DNA of 14,459 bases from Candidatus Woesearchaeota archaeon. Lineage in GTDB: Archaea; Nanobdellota; Nanobdellia; SCGC-AAA011-G17; GW2011-AR18. The stretch covers positions 1-14,459 of the forward strand of contig JAGVZG010000014.1 of assembly GCA_018302765.1 (NCBI GenBank), written 5' to 3'. The notes beneath the pieces were generated by a model. That model was not told the DNA's origin and did no database searches. It worked only from the letters and a program-made list of their open reading frames with translations. This document shows positions 1 through 8,049 of the stretch, in pieces (within the stretch, counting starts at the first letter, position 1; each line of letters opens with the position of its first letter). The position numbers and the translations under genes are program-made.

Positions 1-38
1 GGCATGCTCTAAACTTACCATGCAGAAGCGGATTTAAA

Positions 39-380
39 TTAGAATATATTGCTTCTGCTTCCACAGCAAGCTGTGGGGATAACCCCAGACTCTATTTTAC
101 CTGCTGGATCATCACGAGGATATAATCTCAGTAGATTATATTTTCCATCTAGAAAACATAAACTATTATCTTCAGAATTAGGACCAAAATTACAACATAA
201 ATAAACACCAGCAAGTTTATCATTAAGATCATAACCAAGTTTAATACTGTACCCTCCGTGTGAAAAATGTTCACTAATAAAATTATTCACATAATCAAAT
301 CTAAATTCAGCTAAAGAAATTCCTTCAATACTTGCTACAGCTCCGATTCTATCAAATAATTTTGTTATATCTATTGACAT
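39..380 (-). CDS. Hypothetical protein (113 aa, two Cys-Cys doublets)
   Basis: ORF with ATG start. TATA-like TTTATAA (409-403, minus) lies 22 nt upstream, the same spacing seen at recognisable genes in this window. No family recognised. Confidence 0.7.
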   Translation of the reverse strand: MSIDITKLFDRIGAVASIEGISLAEFRFDYVNNFISEHFSHGGYSIKLGYDLNDKLAGVYLCCNFGPNSEDNSLCFLDGKYNLLRLYPRDDPAGKIESGVIPTACCGSRSNIF

Positions 381-447
381 AAAAATAATTTAATTAAAGA
401 TGTTATAAATAATATGAAATGGGAGTCTATAACAGAAATCCATAAGG

Positions 448-651
448 TCAAAGTTCAGTAGTATGTAATATTTTACCCAACTTAGTAACACAAACATCAA
501 TATCTTTCTCAACGTCTTCTAAAATTTTTTCTTGTTTTGCACTTAATTTAGTTTCTTCCAAATTTTTAAATTTTGTATTCCTTACTTCATTTAAAATAAA
601 GCTTACGTCTTCAAGAACAGCTGCAACACTTCTCTCTTTTTTATCAATCAT
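448..651 (-). CDS. Small helical hypothetical protein (67 aa)
   Basis: ORF with charged amphipathic-helix composition. TTTATAAT (685-678) lies 26 nt upstream of the ATG. Confidence 0.65.
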   Translation of the reverse strand: MIDKKERSVAAVLEDVSFILNEVRNTKFKNLEETKLSAKQEKILEDVEKDIDVCVTKLGKILHTTEL

Positions 652-764
652 TTCTAATTAATTAGAACAATAACTTAATTATAAAATTAACCTAAAATAG
701 ACACTACTATAAGATAGTTAAAAAAGGAAAAGTTTAAATAGTTTTAGAATTATCTAATAAAACC

Positions 765-1502
765 ATGTCAAGATCAAAATTTGCAAGAAGAAGTTCGCTT
801 TGTGCACTTTTATTAACAAAATCATTGCTTGGTTGTGGAAGTGGCGAAAACGCACCAGTGCAGCAAGAAGATCCTAATTCTCCTAAATGTTTAATATCAT
901 TAAGTTTTGACTACCCAAGACCATTTGCAGATACTTGTGGAAACAACCTTGTTATGAATTATGGAACAACAGAAACTGGTGGAATGTCTGGAGAGGCAAG
1001 AAGATTTAATGGTGATGGTTCTTATATTAATATAAAAAATGATAAACAAATGTCTTTAAACAGCGGAACAGTCAGAGTAAAAATAGATTTGTATGCAGAA
1101 AAGTATCCAGCAGAAAATTCTAATGGACAACCAAGAATTTATCCTATGGGAGTACAAATGGGACGAGACTCAAATAGTTGGGCGCTTGGTTTTGATAGTT
1201 ATGGAAGAGCGGTTTTTGCTAAGTTTTCAAAATGCAACGGAGAAAGTCCAGAAACAATTGAAAGTCCTGAAGGTAGCGTTCCAAAAAACGAACTAACACA
1301 TTTAGAAGGTAGCTATAGTGCAGTAACAGACACAATGGAACTAAAAGTTGGTAACAATAATTATCTTTCAAAGAAACCAAAGGAAAAGGGAATATGCAGC
1401 AACACATCAGCAGATGTTTTATTAGGAACAGTAGACCAAGAAGCTGAAGATCAATTCAAAGGCTGGATAGATAACTTTGTAGTTGAAACTAGTCCGGAAT
1501 AA
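765..1502 (+). CDS. Putative lipoprotein with LamG/concanavalin A-like beta-sandwich domain
   Basis: Basic N-terminus, hydrophobic stretch and LLGC lipobox-like motif. LamG-type signatures FNGDGSYINI near the domain start and FKGWIDNFVV at the end. TTTAAATA (733-740) lies 24 nt upstream. Confidence 0.7.
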   Translation: MSRSKFARRSSLCALLLTKSLLGCGSGENAPVQQEDPNSPKCLISLSFDYPRPFADTCGNNLVMNYGTTETGGMSGEARRFNGDGSYINIKNDKQMSLNSGTVRVKIDLYAEKYPAENSNGQPRIYPMGVQMGRDSNSWALGFDSYGRAVFAKFSKCNGESPETIESPEGSVPKNELTHLEGSYSAVTDTMELKVGNNNYLSKKPKEKGICSNTSADVLLGTVDQEAEDQFKGWIDNFVVETSPE

Positions 1503-1594
1503 AACCATTTCTTCAACAAAATTTTTATAGTTTATTAAAATGCAGTAAACATTCCAAAAGCTTTAAATATAGTTTAAAATGCCAATGCTATAAA

Positions 1595-3775
1595 ATGGCA
1601 GATGCAGTTGAAAGATTTAAATCATGTATGAATAAGCCTGAAAACATTAGAAATATATGCACTAGTGCTCATATTCATCATGGAAAAACTGCGTTAACTG
1701 ACAATCTTTTAGCAGCTGCAGGTTTAATGAATGTTCAAAGTGCTGGTGATCTAGAAAAAGGCATGGCAACTTGGCAGCATGCAGACGAGCAAGAAAGACT
1801 GATGACAGTAGACGCTGCTAATGCAAGCATGATACACGATTTTCAAGGCCAGGAATTTCTTATTAATTTAATAGATACTCCTGGACACGTAGATTTTGGT
1901 GGCAATGTCACAAGAGCAATGAGAGCAATTGATGGAACAATAGTCCTTGTATGCGCTTCTGAAGGCATAATGCCACAAACTGAAACAGTAATAAAACAAG
2001 CATTAAGAGAAAGAGTAAAGCCAGTTCTATTCCTAAATAAAGTTGACAGATTAATAAATGAAATGCTGTTCACTCCTGAGCAAATGCAGAAAAGATTTAC
2101 AGAAATAATCTTGGAATTTAATAGGCTAATAGAACAGATTGCTGAACCAGAATTTAAAGAAAAATGGAAAGTAAGCATTCAAGATGGAAGTGTTGCATTT
2201 GGAAGTGCAAGAGAAAATTGGGCATTATCATTTTCATTTATGCAAAAAAAAGGAATAACATTCAAAAACATTCTGGAAATGTATAAAATGCCAGAAGATG
2301 AAAGAAAAAAATGGGTTTGGAGCAATGCTCCATTAAATGAAGTTATCTTGGATATGGCAATTAAACATCTTCCAAATCCAATAGAAGCACAAAAATATAG
2401 AATAGGAAGAATATGGCGTGGAGAATCTGAAAGTGAGTTTGGAAAAGACTTAGTTAACTGCAATAAAGATGGAAGTGTTGCATATTGTGTAACAAGAGTC
2501 ATGATAGACCCTAAAACAGGAAGAGAAATGGCTGCTGGAAGGTTATTCTCAGGTACAATAAAAAGCGGCATGCAAGTATATCTTAATAATGCAAAAAAAT
2601 ATGAAAGAGTTCAGCAAGTATACATGTATAACGGAATTAAGCCACAGATAATAGATGGAGTTGTAGCAGGCAATGTACTAGCATTGGCAGGCATAAGTGC
2701 TGAAGCTGGTGAAACAATCACAGAACAACCAGAACATCCATTCGAAGAACTAAGACATATATTCGAACCTGTAATCACAAAAGCAATAGAACCTACAAAA
2801 CCACAAGATTTGGCAAAAGTAGTTGAAGTCTTAAAAGCTGCAGCAAAAGAAGATCCTTCTATAAAAATAAAAATTGATGAACAAACAGGTGAATGTCTGA
2901 TGAGCGGTATGGGCGAACTGCACCTTGAAATCATAGAAAATAGAATTATAACAGAAAAAGGTGTACAAATCAAATCAAGTCCACCTATTGTAGTTTACAG
3001 AGAAACAGTAGTAAAGAAAAGTATTGAAGTTGAAGGTAAATCCCCAAATAAACACAACAAATTCTATTTAACAGTAGAACCATTGCCTGATGCAATTTAT
3101 GAAGCAATTAAAAGAGGAGACTTATCAGAAACAAGACTAAAGAAAAAAGACGATACAGTTGTAAAGACACTAGTAAATTGCGGCATAGAAAATAAAAATG
3201 CACTAAAATTCAGAGAGTTTTACAAAGGAAACGCTTTGGTTGACAATACTAGAGGTATAGTTCATATTGGAGAGGTTATAGAACTAATAATGGACGGTTT
3301 TGATCAAGTTATGGATGGCGGTCCTTTGGCTAGAGAACCATGTGCAAAACTATTAGTTACTCTTAATGATTGTAAACTTCATGAAGACAGTATCCATAGA
3401 GGACCAGCACAGGTTTTACCAGCAGTAAGAGAAGCAATAAGAGAAGCAATGGTAAATGCAACTGCTGTTATATTCGAACCTATACAAGTATTGCAAATAG
3501 AAGGCACTATGGATCATATGGGTCCAATCTCAAAATTAATAGCTAATAAAAGAGGACAATTGCTAGATATGACTCAAGAAGGAAATTATATCACTGTTAA
3601 AGCTAAACTTCCTGTTGGGGAAATGTTTGGCTTAAGTTCTGAGTTAAGAAGTGCAACAGAAGGTCGTGGAACTTTCTACGTAGCTGACCAAGTATATGAA
3701 AAACTACCTCTAGAGCTGCAGCAAAAATTAATCCAACAGATTAGGCAAAGAAAAGGCCTAGCAGAAAACCAATAA
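1595..3775 (+). CDS. fusA: Archaeal translation elongation factor EF-2 (726 aa) with divergent G1 and switch I motifs
   Basis: IRNI...AHIHHGKT P-loop, DTPGHVDF (G3), NKVD (G4), GSA..W (G5), SGMGELHLE, and diphthamide loop LHEDSIHRGPAQ (His601, 3395-3397). Length is typical of archaeal EF-2. Confidence 0.96.
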   Translation: MADAVERFKSCMNKPENIRNICTSAHIHHGKTALTDNLLAAAGLMNVQSAGDLEKGMATWQHADEQERLMTVDAANASMIHDFQGQEFLINLIDTPGHVDFGGNVTRAMRAIDGTIVLVCASEGIMPQTETVIKQALRERVKPVLFLNKVDRLINEMLFTPEQMQKRFTEIILEFNRLIEQIAEPEFKEKWKVSIQDGSVAFGSARENWALSFSFMQKKGITFKNILEMYKMPEDERKKWVWSNAPLNEVILDMAIKHLPNPIEAQKYRIGRIWRGESESEFGKDLVNCNKDGSVAYCVTRVMIDPKTGREMAAGRLFSGTIKSGMQVYLNNAKKYERVQQVYMYNGIKPQIIDGVVAGNVLALAGISAEAGETITEQPEHPFEELRHIFEPVITKAIEPTKPQDLAKVVEVLKAAAKEDPSIKIKIDEQTGECLMSGMGELHLEIIENRIITEKGVQIKSSPPIVVYRETVVKKSIEVEGKSPNKHNKFYLTVEPLPDAIYEAIKRGDLSETRLKKKDDTVVKTLVNCGIENKNALKFREFYKGNALVDNTRGIVHIGEVIELIMDGFDQVMDGGPLAREPCAKLLVTLNDCKLHEDSIHRGPAQVLPAVREAIREAMVNATAVIFEPIQVLQIEGTMDHMGPISKLIANKRGQLLDMTQEGNYITVKAKLPVGEMFGLSSELRSATEGRGTFYVADQVYEKLPLELQQKLIQQIRQRKGLAENQ

Positions 3776-3806
3776 AAAACAAGAGTTATTTTAAAATTAT
3801 TCAAGC

Positions 3807-4118
3807 TTATTTATTAGACACACCCTCAACAATTTTAACAATAATTTCTTTCTTCATTTTATCTAATTCACTTTTTTCATAAGCATAATTGCCTATTTCA
3901 ACTAATTTACCGACTTTATTTTTGGAAGGGTTAACCTCTTTACTGTAAACAATTTTAACAGATCCTATAGGGGGACGTATTGTATTTTGAAAATAGCTAA
4001 AATAGAAATCTTTATTTTTATAAGTGAATATACAACCTCCTTCAGTATGCCTAAGTCGACATCTTAAATCATTAGCTATTTGTTCAAAAATTTCTTTTAT
4101 TGCATCATCCCAAGCCAT
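3807..4118 (-). CDS. Hypothetical protein; start probably the ATG at 4118 (MAWDD...), not 4139
   Basis: ORF convergent with EF-2. TTTATATA (4147-4140) abuts the called start at 4139 but lies 21 nt from the ATG at 4118, which fits a leaderless start. Confidence 0.65.
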   Translation of the reverse strand: MAWDDAIKEIFEQIANDLRCRLRHTEGGCIFTYKNKDFYFSYFQNTIRPPIGSVKIVYSKEVNPSKNKVGKLVEIGNYAYEKSELDKMKKEIIVKIVEGVSNK

Positions 4119-4210
4119 ATTATTTTTAATAAAAACCAATATATAAACTTACCCAAATCTTAAAATAACTAATAAAAATCTTTATAAATTGTCTGTATTA
4201 ACACCAAAAC

Positions 4211-4606
4211 ATGACTGAAGTAAAATTTGTAGTAAATGACACAAAAACAGGAAAAAGTTATCAAAAAGTGCTAGAAGAAAATCCTTACTTGAACAAAAAA
4301 ATAGGAGATAAAGTTACAGGTTCTGAAATAGGTCTTAATGGTTATGAACTAGAAATAAAAGGGGGTTCAGATAAATCAGGTTGTCCTATAAGATATGATA
4401 TGCCTGGCTTTGGAAAGAAAAAGGCACTGTTAAGCTCTGGTCCATGTGTTAAAGGCTTAAAAAAAGGAAAGAGAATAAAAAAGACAGTAGTCGGAAACAT
4501 AATTAACCAAGACATTGTTCAAGTTAATCTTAAAGTCCTAAAAGAAGGTTCTCAAAAATTAGAAGAATTGTTCCCTAAGAAAGAAGAAGCTAAGGCAGCT
4601 GCTTAA
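4211..4606 (+). CDS. rps6e: 30S ribosomal protein S6e (eS6)
   Basis: N-terminal KFVVND.KTGKSYQ, KIGD, GYELEIKGGSDKSG.P motifs and the late V.GN.I..DI.QVN segment. TTTATAAA (4181-4188) lies 22 nt upstream. Confidence 0.96.
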   Translation: MTEVKFVVNDTKTGKSYQKVLEENPYLNKKIGDKVTGSEIGLNGYELEIKGGSDKSGCPIRYDMPGFGKKKALLSSGPCVKGLKKGKRIKKTVVGNIINQDIVQVNLKVLKEGSQKLEELFPKKEEAKAAA

Positions 4607-4642
4607 GTTAATTTTATATAATTTTTCTTACACAATTATCTA

Positions 4643-5068
4643 ATGGGGAAGATAATAGATTTATATGCGAACAGAAAATTTCTAGAACAAGCTAGAGCAT
4701 TAGGATTAACTTATTCTGCATATTATGATTTGGTCATAGAAAAAGGAATTCATATAGAAGTAGCGCTAGAAAATGCAAAAAGAGGAATAACGTTAGAAAA
4801 TTATTTATCAATGCAAAATCAAACAAAAGTAATTACAGATAGAGAAAGAAAAATATCTGAACTAGAAGCAGTTTTACAAGATAGAGATGCACAATTAAAA
4901 ACTATAGAAGCATTAAGAAAAAGAAGGTTTACATTAGGAACAGTTTTTTCTTCTGTAGCATTAGGTATTGCTGCAATCCTTGTTAGTTTGTTTCCATATT
5001 TCAATGAAAATAATAATATTGATTTCAAGGATCCACAACAACTAGTTACGTACTACGAAAAAAGATGA
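4643..5068 (+). CDS. Hypothetical single-pass membrane protein (N-terminal domain, coiled coil, TM helix)
   Basis: Coiled-coil ERKISELEAVLQDRDAQLKTIEAL followed by hydrophobic FTLGTVFSSVALGIAAILVSLFPYF. TTTATATA (4613-4620) lies 22 nt upstream. Confidence 0.8.
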   Translation: MGKIIDLYANRKFLEQARALGLTYSAYYDLVIEKGIHIEVALENAKRGITLENYLSMQNQTKVITDRERKISELEAVLQDRDAQLKTIEALRKRRFTLGTVFSSVALGIAAILVSLFPYFNENNNIDFKDPQQLVTYYEKR

Positions 5069-5211
5069 AATCTCCGAAATTTGCAAATTTAGATAATTAC
5101 ACACAGGGACAAACAGAATATTATTATATACTTACTAAACAAGACTTAAGAAGAAGAGAAGTCGCAGCTAAATGTGAAACAACTAAATGCTGGAATAATG
5201 TTTATCCTTAA
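5065..5211 (+). CDS. Possible 48-aa ORF (MKSPKFANLDNY...CETTKCWNNVYP), ATGA-overlapped with the upstream stop
   Basis: Translated by hand. Its ATG (5065-5067) overlaps the TGA of 4643-5068. It may instead be a displaced C-terminal fragment of that gene. Confidence 0.35.
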   Translation: MKSPKFANLDNYTQGQTEYYYILTKQDLRRREVAAKCETTKCWNNVYP

Positions 5212-5220
5212 AACAATACT

Positions 5221-5564
5221 ATGACAATAATATACAATTTTGCTGATCATAAAAGACTTCAATATGAAACTATAAGATTAGGAACAACATACACTGAATT
5301 AAGAATTCATCATATTAGGAAGGCATACAAATAGAACAAGCATTAAAAAAATAAGAAGAAATAAAATATTGGATTGGCAGCAATTGTATCAATATTAGGA
5401 ATAATATTTATTAACACTGCAAAAAGTTATAGAACTGATCACTTAGTGGCAACTTCATATCTAAAACAACAATACGGAGATAAAAATGAACCAGCAAATA
5501 AAAAAAAGAATTTGACCAACTATATCAAAAAGCAGTAGTAAGAAGAAGAAAAGAAATTTTATAA
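5221..5564 (+). pseudogene. Frameshifted tandem paralog of the 4643-5068 membrane protein
   Basis: Fragments in successive frames: MTIIYNFADHKRLQYETIRLGTTY / EGIQIEQALKK / IRRNKI / IGLAAIVSILGIIF...NEPANKK / EFDQLYQKAVVRRRKEIL*. These resemble upstream MGKIIDLYANRKFL...LGLTY, KGIHIEVAL and the TM helix. The last fragment ends 4 nt before the convergent MinD stop. Confidence 0.65.
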
Positions 5565-5568
5565 AAAA

Positions 5569-6378
5569 TTAATAATGACTTACCATAACTATTGCTCTAT
5601 TTATTTCATCCTGACTTAATCTTTTGTTAAACATGCCTTTAAATCTTGTTAGTAGTCTCTTATCAATATATCTTTCTCCAATCAAGGCTGCTGCTAGTTT
5701 TCTATATTCGACAGCAACACCATTTTTTCCAAATAAGTGCGAAACAGGTTTCCCTTTTGCCAAAGCTCTCATTACAGTCTCATCATCAAATAATACACTA
5801 ACTACTGGAACTTTTGTTGCATCTTGTATACTATCCAAATTTAATTCAAATTTTTTACTCCTTAATTTATTTATAATTATTCCGGAAATATAAGTTCTCT
5901 TTTGCCTGGCAACCTTGATCGCATGCATAGTACTTGCCAAAGTTACATAATCTGGCGTAGTTAAAACAAACAATTCGTCAGAAGCCATAATTGTTGCCAG
6001 CATTTCCTGATTCAATGTAGGACTAGAATCTATTAGTATTAAATCATAGTGCCCTCTCAAAGAAGCAATATACTGATGAAACTTACTGCAATCCACAGAA
6101 TGCGCAAACAATGAAGCAGGCAATATATGCAACCCAGAAGAATGCTCATAAATTGCTTTTTGTAAATTTATCTTTCCTGCTAGTGCATCATGAAGTGTAT
6201 AATTTGGCTTAGTAAATCCAAAATGCAAAGCTAAATTAGGGCCAGAAAAATTTCCATCTACAACCAAAACTTTTTTCTTAAAATCATTGGCTAATATAAA
6301 ACCCAGGTTTGCTACAGTTGTAGTTTTCCCAACGCCACCTTTAATAGAAATAAAACCAATTATTTTAGCCCTTCTCAT
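5569..6378 (-). CDS. minD: MinD/ParA-family P-loop ATPase (archaeal MinD-like)
   Basis: Deviant Walker A KGGVGKTT, VLVVDGN..GPNL, HILPAS, YDLILIDSSP, GIIINK, and a C-terminal amphipathic segment RLLTRFKGMF. Start placed at ATG 6378 behind the GGTGA Shine-Dalgarno (6386-6382). Confidence 0.88.
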   Translation of the reverse strand: MRRAKIIGFISIKGGVGKTTTVANLGFILANDFKKKVLVVDGNFSGPNLALHFGFTKPNYTLHDALAGKINLQKAIYEHSSGLHILPASLFAHSVDCSKFHQYIASLRGHYDLILIDSSPTLNQEMLATIMASDELFVLTTPDYVTLASTMHAIKVARQKRTYISGIIINKLRSKKFELNLDSIQDATKVPVVSVLFDDETVMRALAKGKPVSHLFGKNGVAVEYRKLAAALIGERYIDKRLLTRFKGMFNKRLSQDEINRAIVMVSHY

Positions 6379-6426
6379 CAATCACCACTTTTAACTATTT
6401 ACTCGTGTTGTTATTTATAAAGTTTA

Positions 6427-7167
6427 CTAAGATTCAGCAATGTTCCATAAAAGGCTAAAAAAGGCCTTATAAGAGTCAGCTACTTGTTTGCTTCTGATCA
6501 AAAATGCCATTGGTTCATCAGACCACACAATAACTGCAATTTTATCTCCATATAAATAAGTAGTAGATGGTGTTATATAAGCTTCAGGCAGGTATTTAAT
6601 AATAGAAAGTTTCAATTCTCTTTCTCTTTTTTCTCTTCTAACAGATTCACTGAATATTATTTTCAGCGGAATTTTTAATTTTGCTCTTCTATTATGGAAA
6701 TGTATGTAATAAGCATGAAAAATCTCCTTAAATTTACCTGTAGCTCCAAAAACAAACCAAGAACTTTTCTCATTTAATACGTCCTCAAAAATAGACTTCA
6801 ATCCTTTTTTACCTTTATAGATTGTGCCTTCTTGTTCCTCTCTGGATAATTTTCTTTTAGTTTGAAGTTCAGGAAGTAATTTTTTAAGTTCCTCTTCTTT
6901 TTGTGTCAATTCTTGTTTTTTTAAATCAATAAACTCTAATAATCTAATTGGATCTTGAGCCTCAAAATACTTCCTATTTGCTTTAATAATATAAGAAACT
7001 AATCCTTTGTCTATTAACAAATCTATAAGATCATATACTGCTGCCCTGTGCATTCCTAATTTTTTTATTAAATTCCCAGCAGAAGTTGTTCCTAAATCTA
7101 AAAGTGCTAAATAAACTTTGATTTCACTTTTTGTCAATCCCAATTCTTCTAATAATCTTAAATCCAT
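6427..7167 (-). CDS. TrmB-family transcriptional regulator (winged HTH plus C-terminal sensor domain)
   Basis: LEELGLTKSEIKVYLALL...HRAAVYDLIDLLIDKGLVS N-terminal wHTH, IYKGKKGLKSIFED linker, and TTYLYGDKIAVIVW.DEPMAFLI.S..VADSYK.FF..LW C-terminus. Confidence 0.9.
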   Translation of the reverse strand: MDLRLLEELGLTKSEIKVYLALLDLGTTSAGNLIKKLGMHRAAVYDLIDLLIDKGLVSYIIKANRKYFEAQDPIRLLEFIDLKKQELTQKEEELKKLLPELQTKRKLSREEQEGTIYKGKKGLKSIFEDVLNEKSSWFVFGATGKFKEIFHAYYIHFHNRRAKLKIPLKIIFSESVRREKRERELKLSIIKYLPEAYITPSTTYLYGDKIAVIVWSDEPMAFLIRSKQVADSYKAFFSLLWNIAES

Positions 7168-7206
7168 GAATATTGGAACATTCTGAAGTTCTTATAATTA
7201 TCGTTT

Positions 7207-7231
7207 TTGTAATAATATAATGTTATGACAA
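7207..7231. promoter_or_regulatory. Imperfect 25-bp inverted repeat, candidate operator between divergent TATA boxes
   Basis: TTGTAATAATAT-A-ATGTTATGACAA, 10 of 12 arm positions complementary. It lies between TATA 7199-7191 (trmB) and TATA 7235-7242 (gene at 7276). Confidence 0.45.
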
Positions 7232-7275
7232 TTATTTAAATACCATTATATTTTTACCATTAAAAAGTAAATAAA

Positions 7276-8049
7276 ATGACAGATATAAATTATTACGAAC
7301 TTGCTAGTATACTGCCTGGAGAAACCAGTCAGCCTAAATTAATAACAAGAGAAGGAAATGGTGTAAAAATAGTTGATTTTGACTATATTAAAAAAAGAAT
7401 AAGTTCAGAAGAACTTAAAAATATTGAAAGGCCTATACTTAATTATGAAAAAAACCTATTGCTTCTTGAAGAAGCTGGAAAAATTTTAAATGAGGAACTT
7501 AGCAAAAAAGATTTTGCATTGGTAGACACAAAACTTGGGTTAACTTCAGACCAAAATACAAATTATAAATTAATATTAGGAAGCAAAGAACACTTCTTAC
7601 TTCTTGATTGCGGTTTCAATATTAGGCCTGCAATTTTTCCTAAATACCCTGATGGAGTAACAGCAGATGCCTACACATATGGAAAGCTTATTGACAAATA
7701 TGGCAATGATATAAAAGATATAAATGAACGCGTATATAAAGATGAAGATTGCTATGATTATGATGGAAATTTAACATTAAACTGTCTTGAAATTGGAAGT
7801 GAATTAATTCTAGAAGCGCAGTTAGAGCAAAAAGCAAAAGACATTGCTAAATCAATTATTTATGGCTATATTAAAGGGATTTTAGAAAATGACAGTACGT
7901 ATTGGAAGCCACAAATATTTACACATGAAAAAGACATTCAAATAGAAAAATTATTTCCTATAAAACAAGAAAAAATTCAGAAATTAGAAAAAATACTACT
8001 TGTAAGAAAAAGAACAGAAAAAATTCTAGAAAGAATAAGACAAAAATGA
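7276..8049 (+). CDS. Hypothetical protein (257 aa)
   Basis: Long ORF with the same AT-rich codon usage as its neighbours. Its stop overlaps the next start (ATGA, 8046-8049). No family recognised. Confidence 0.8.
   Translation: MTDINYYELASILPGETSQPKLITREGNGVKIVDFDYIKKRISSEELKNIERPILNYEKNLLLLEEAGKILNEELSKKDFALVDTKLGLTSDQNTNYKLILGSKEHFLLLDCGFNIRPAIFPKYPDGVTADAYTYGKLIDKYGNDIKDINERVYKDEDCYDYDGNLTLNCLEIGSELILEAQLEQKAKDIAKSIIYGYIKGILENDSTYWKPQIFTHEKDIQIEKLFPIKQEKIQKLEKILLVRKRTEKILERIRQK

Noticed and set aside
1-38. GCATG/CATGC mini-hairpin and a CAGAAGCGG resembling an RNase P RNA 3' end
   Set aside because: Only 5 bp and a poor match. It is equally explained as TTTAAAT (38-32) plus an ATG at 5-3 of a minus-strand gene leaving the window. 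Too little sequence to call.
1093-2973. ORFs overlapping the lipoprotein and EF-2 (1093-1296 +, 1219-1407 -, 1843-2178 -, 2179-2571 -, 2611-2973 -)
   Set aside because: Shadow frames of well-supported genes, with no recognisable motifs or promoters.
5068-5564. Stop-codon reassignment or a DGR template repeat as the explanation for the apparent gap
   Set aside because: TAA, TAG and TGA all end genes normally here, and the homology switches frame rather than reading through stops. I saw no ~100-nt near-identical repeat pair with A-specific mismatches and no reverse transcriptase.
7594-7611. LLLDCG resembling metallo-beta-lactamase motif 1 in the 257-aa protein
   Set aside because: No HxHxDH or other metal-binding motifs follow.
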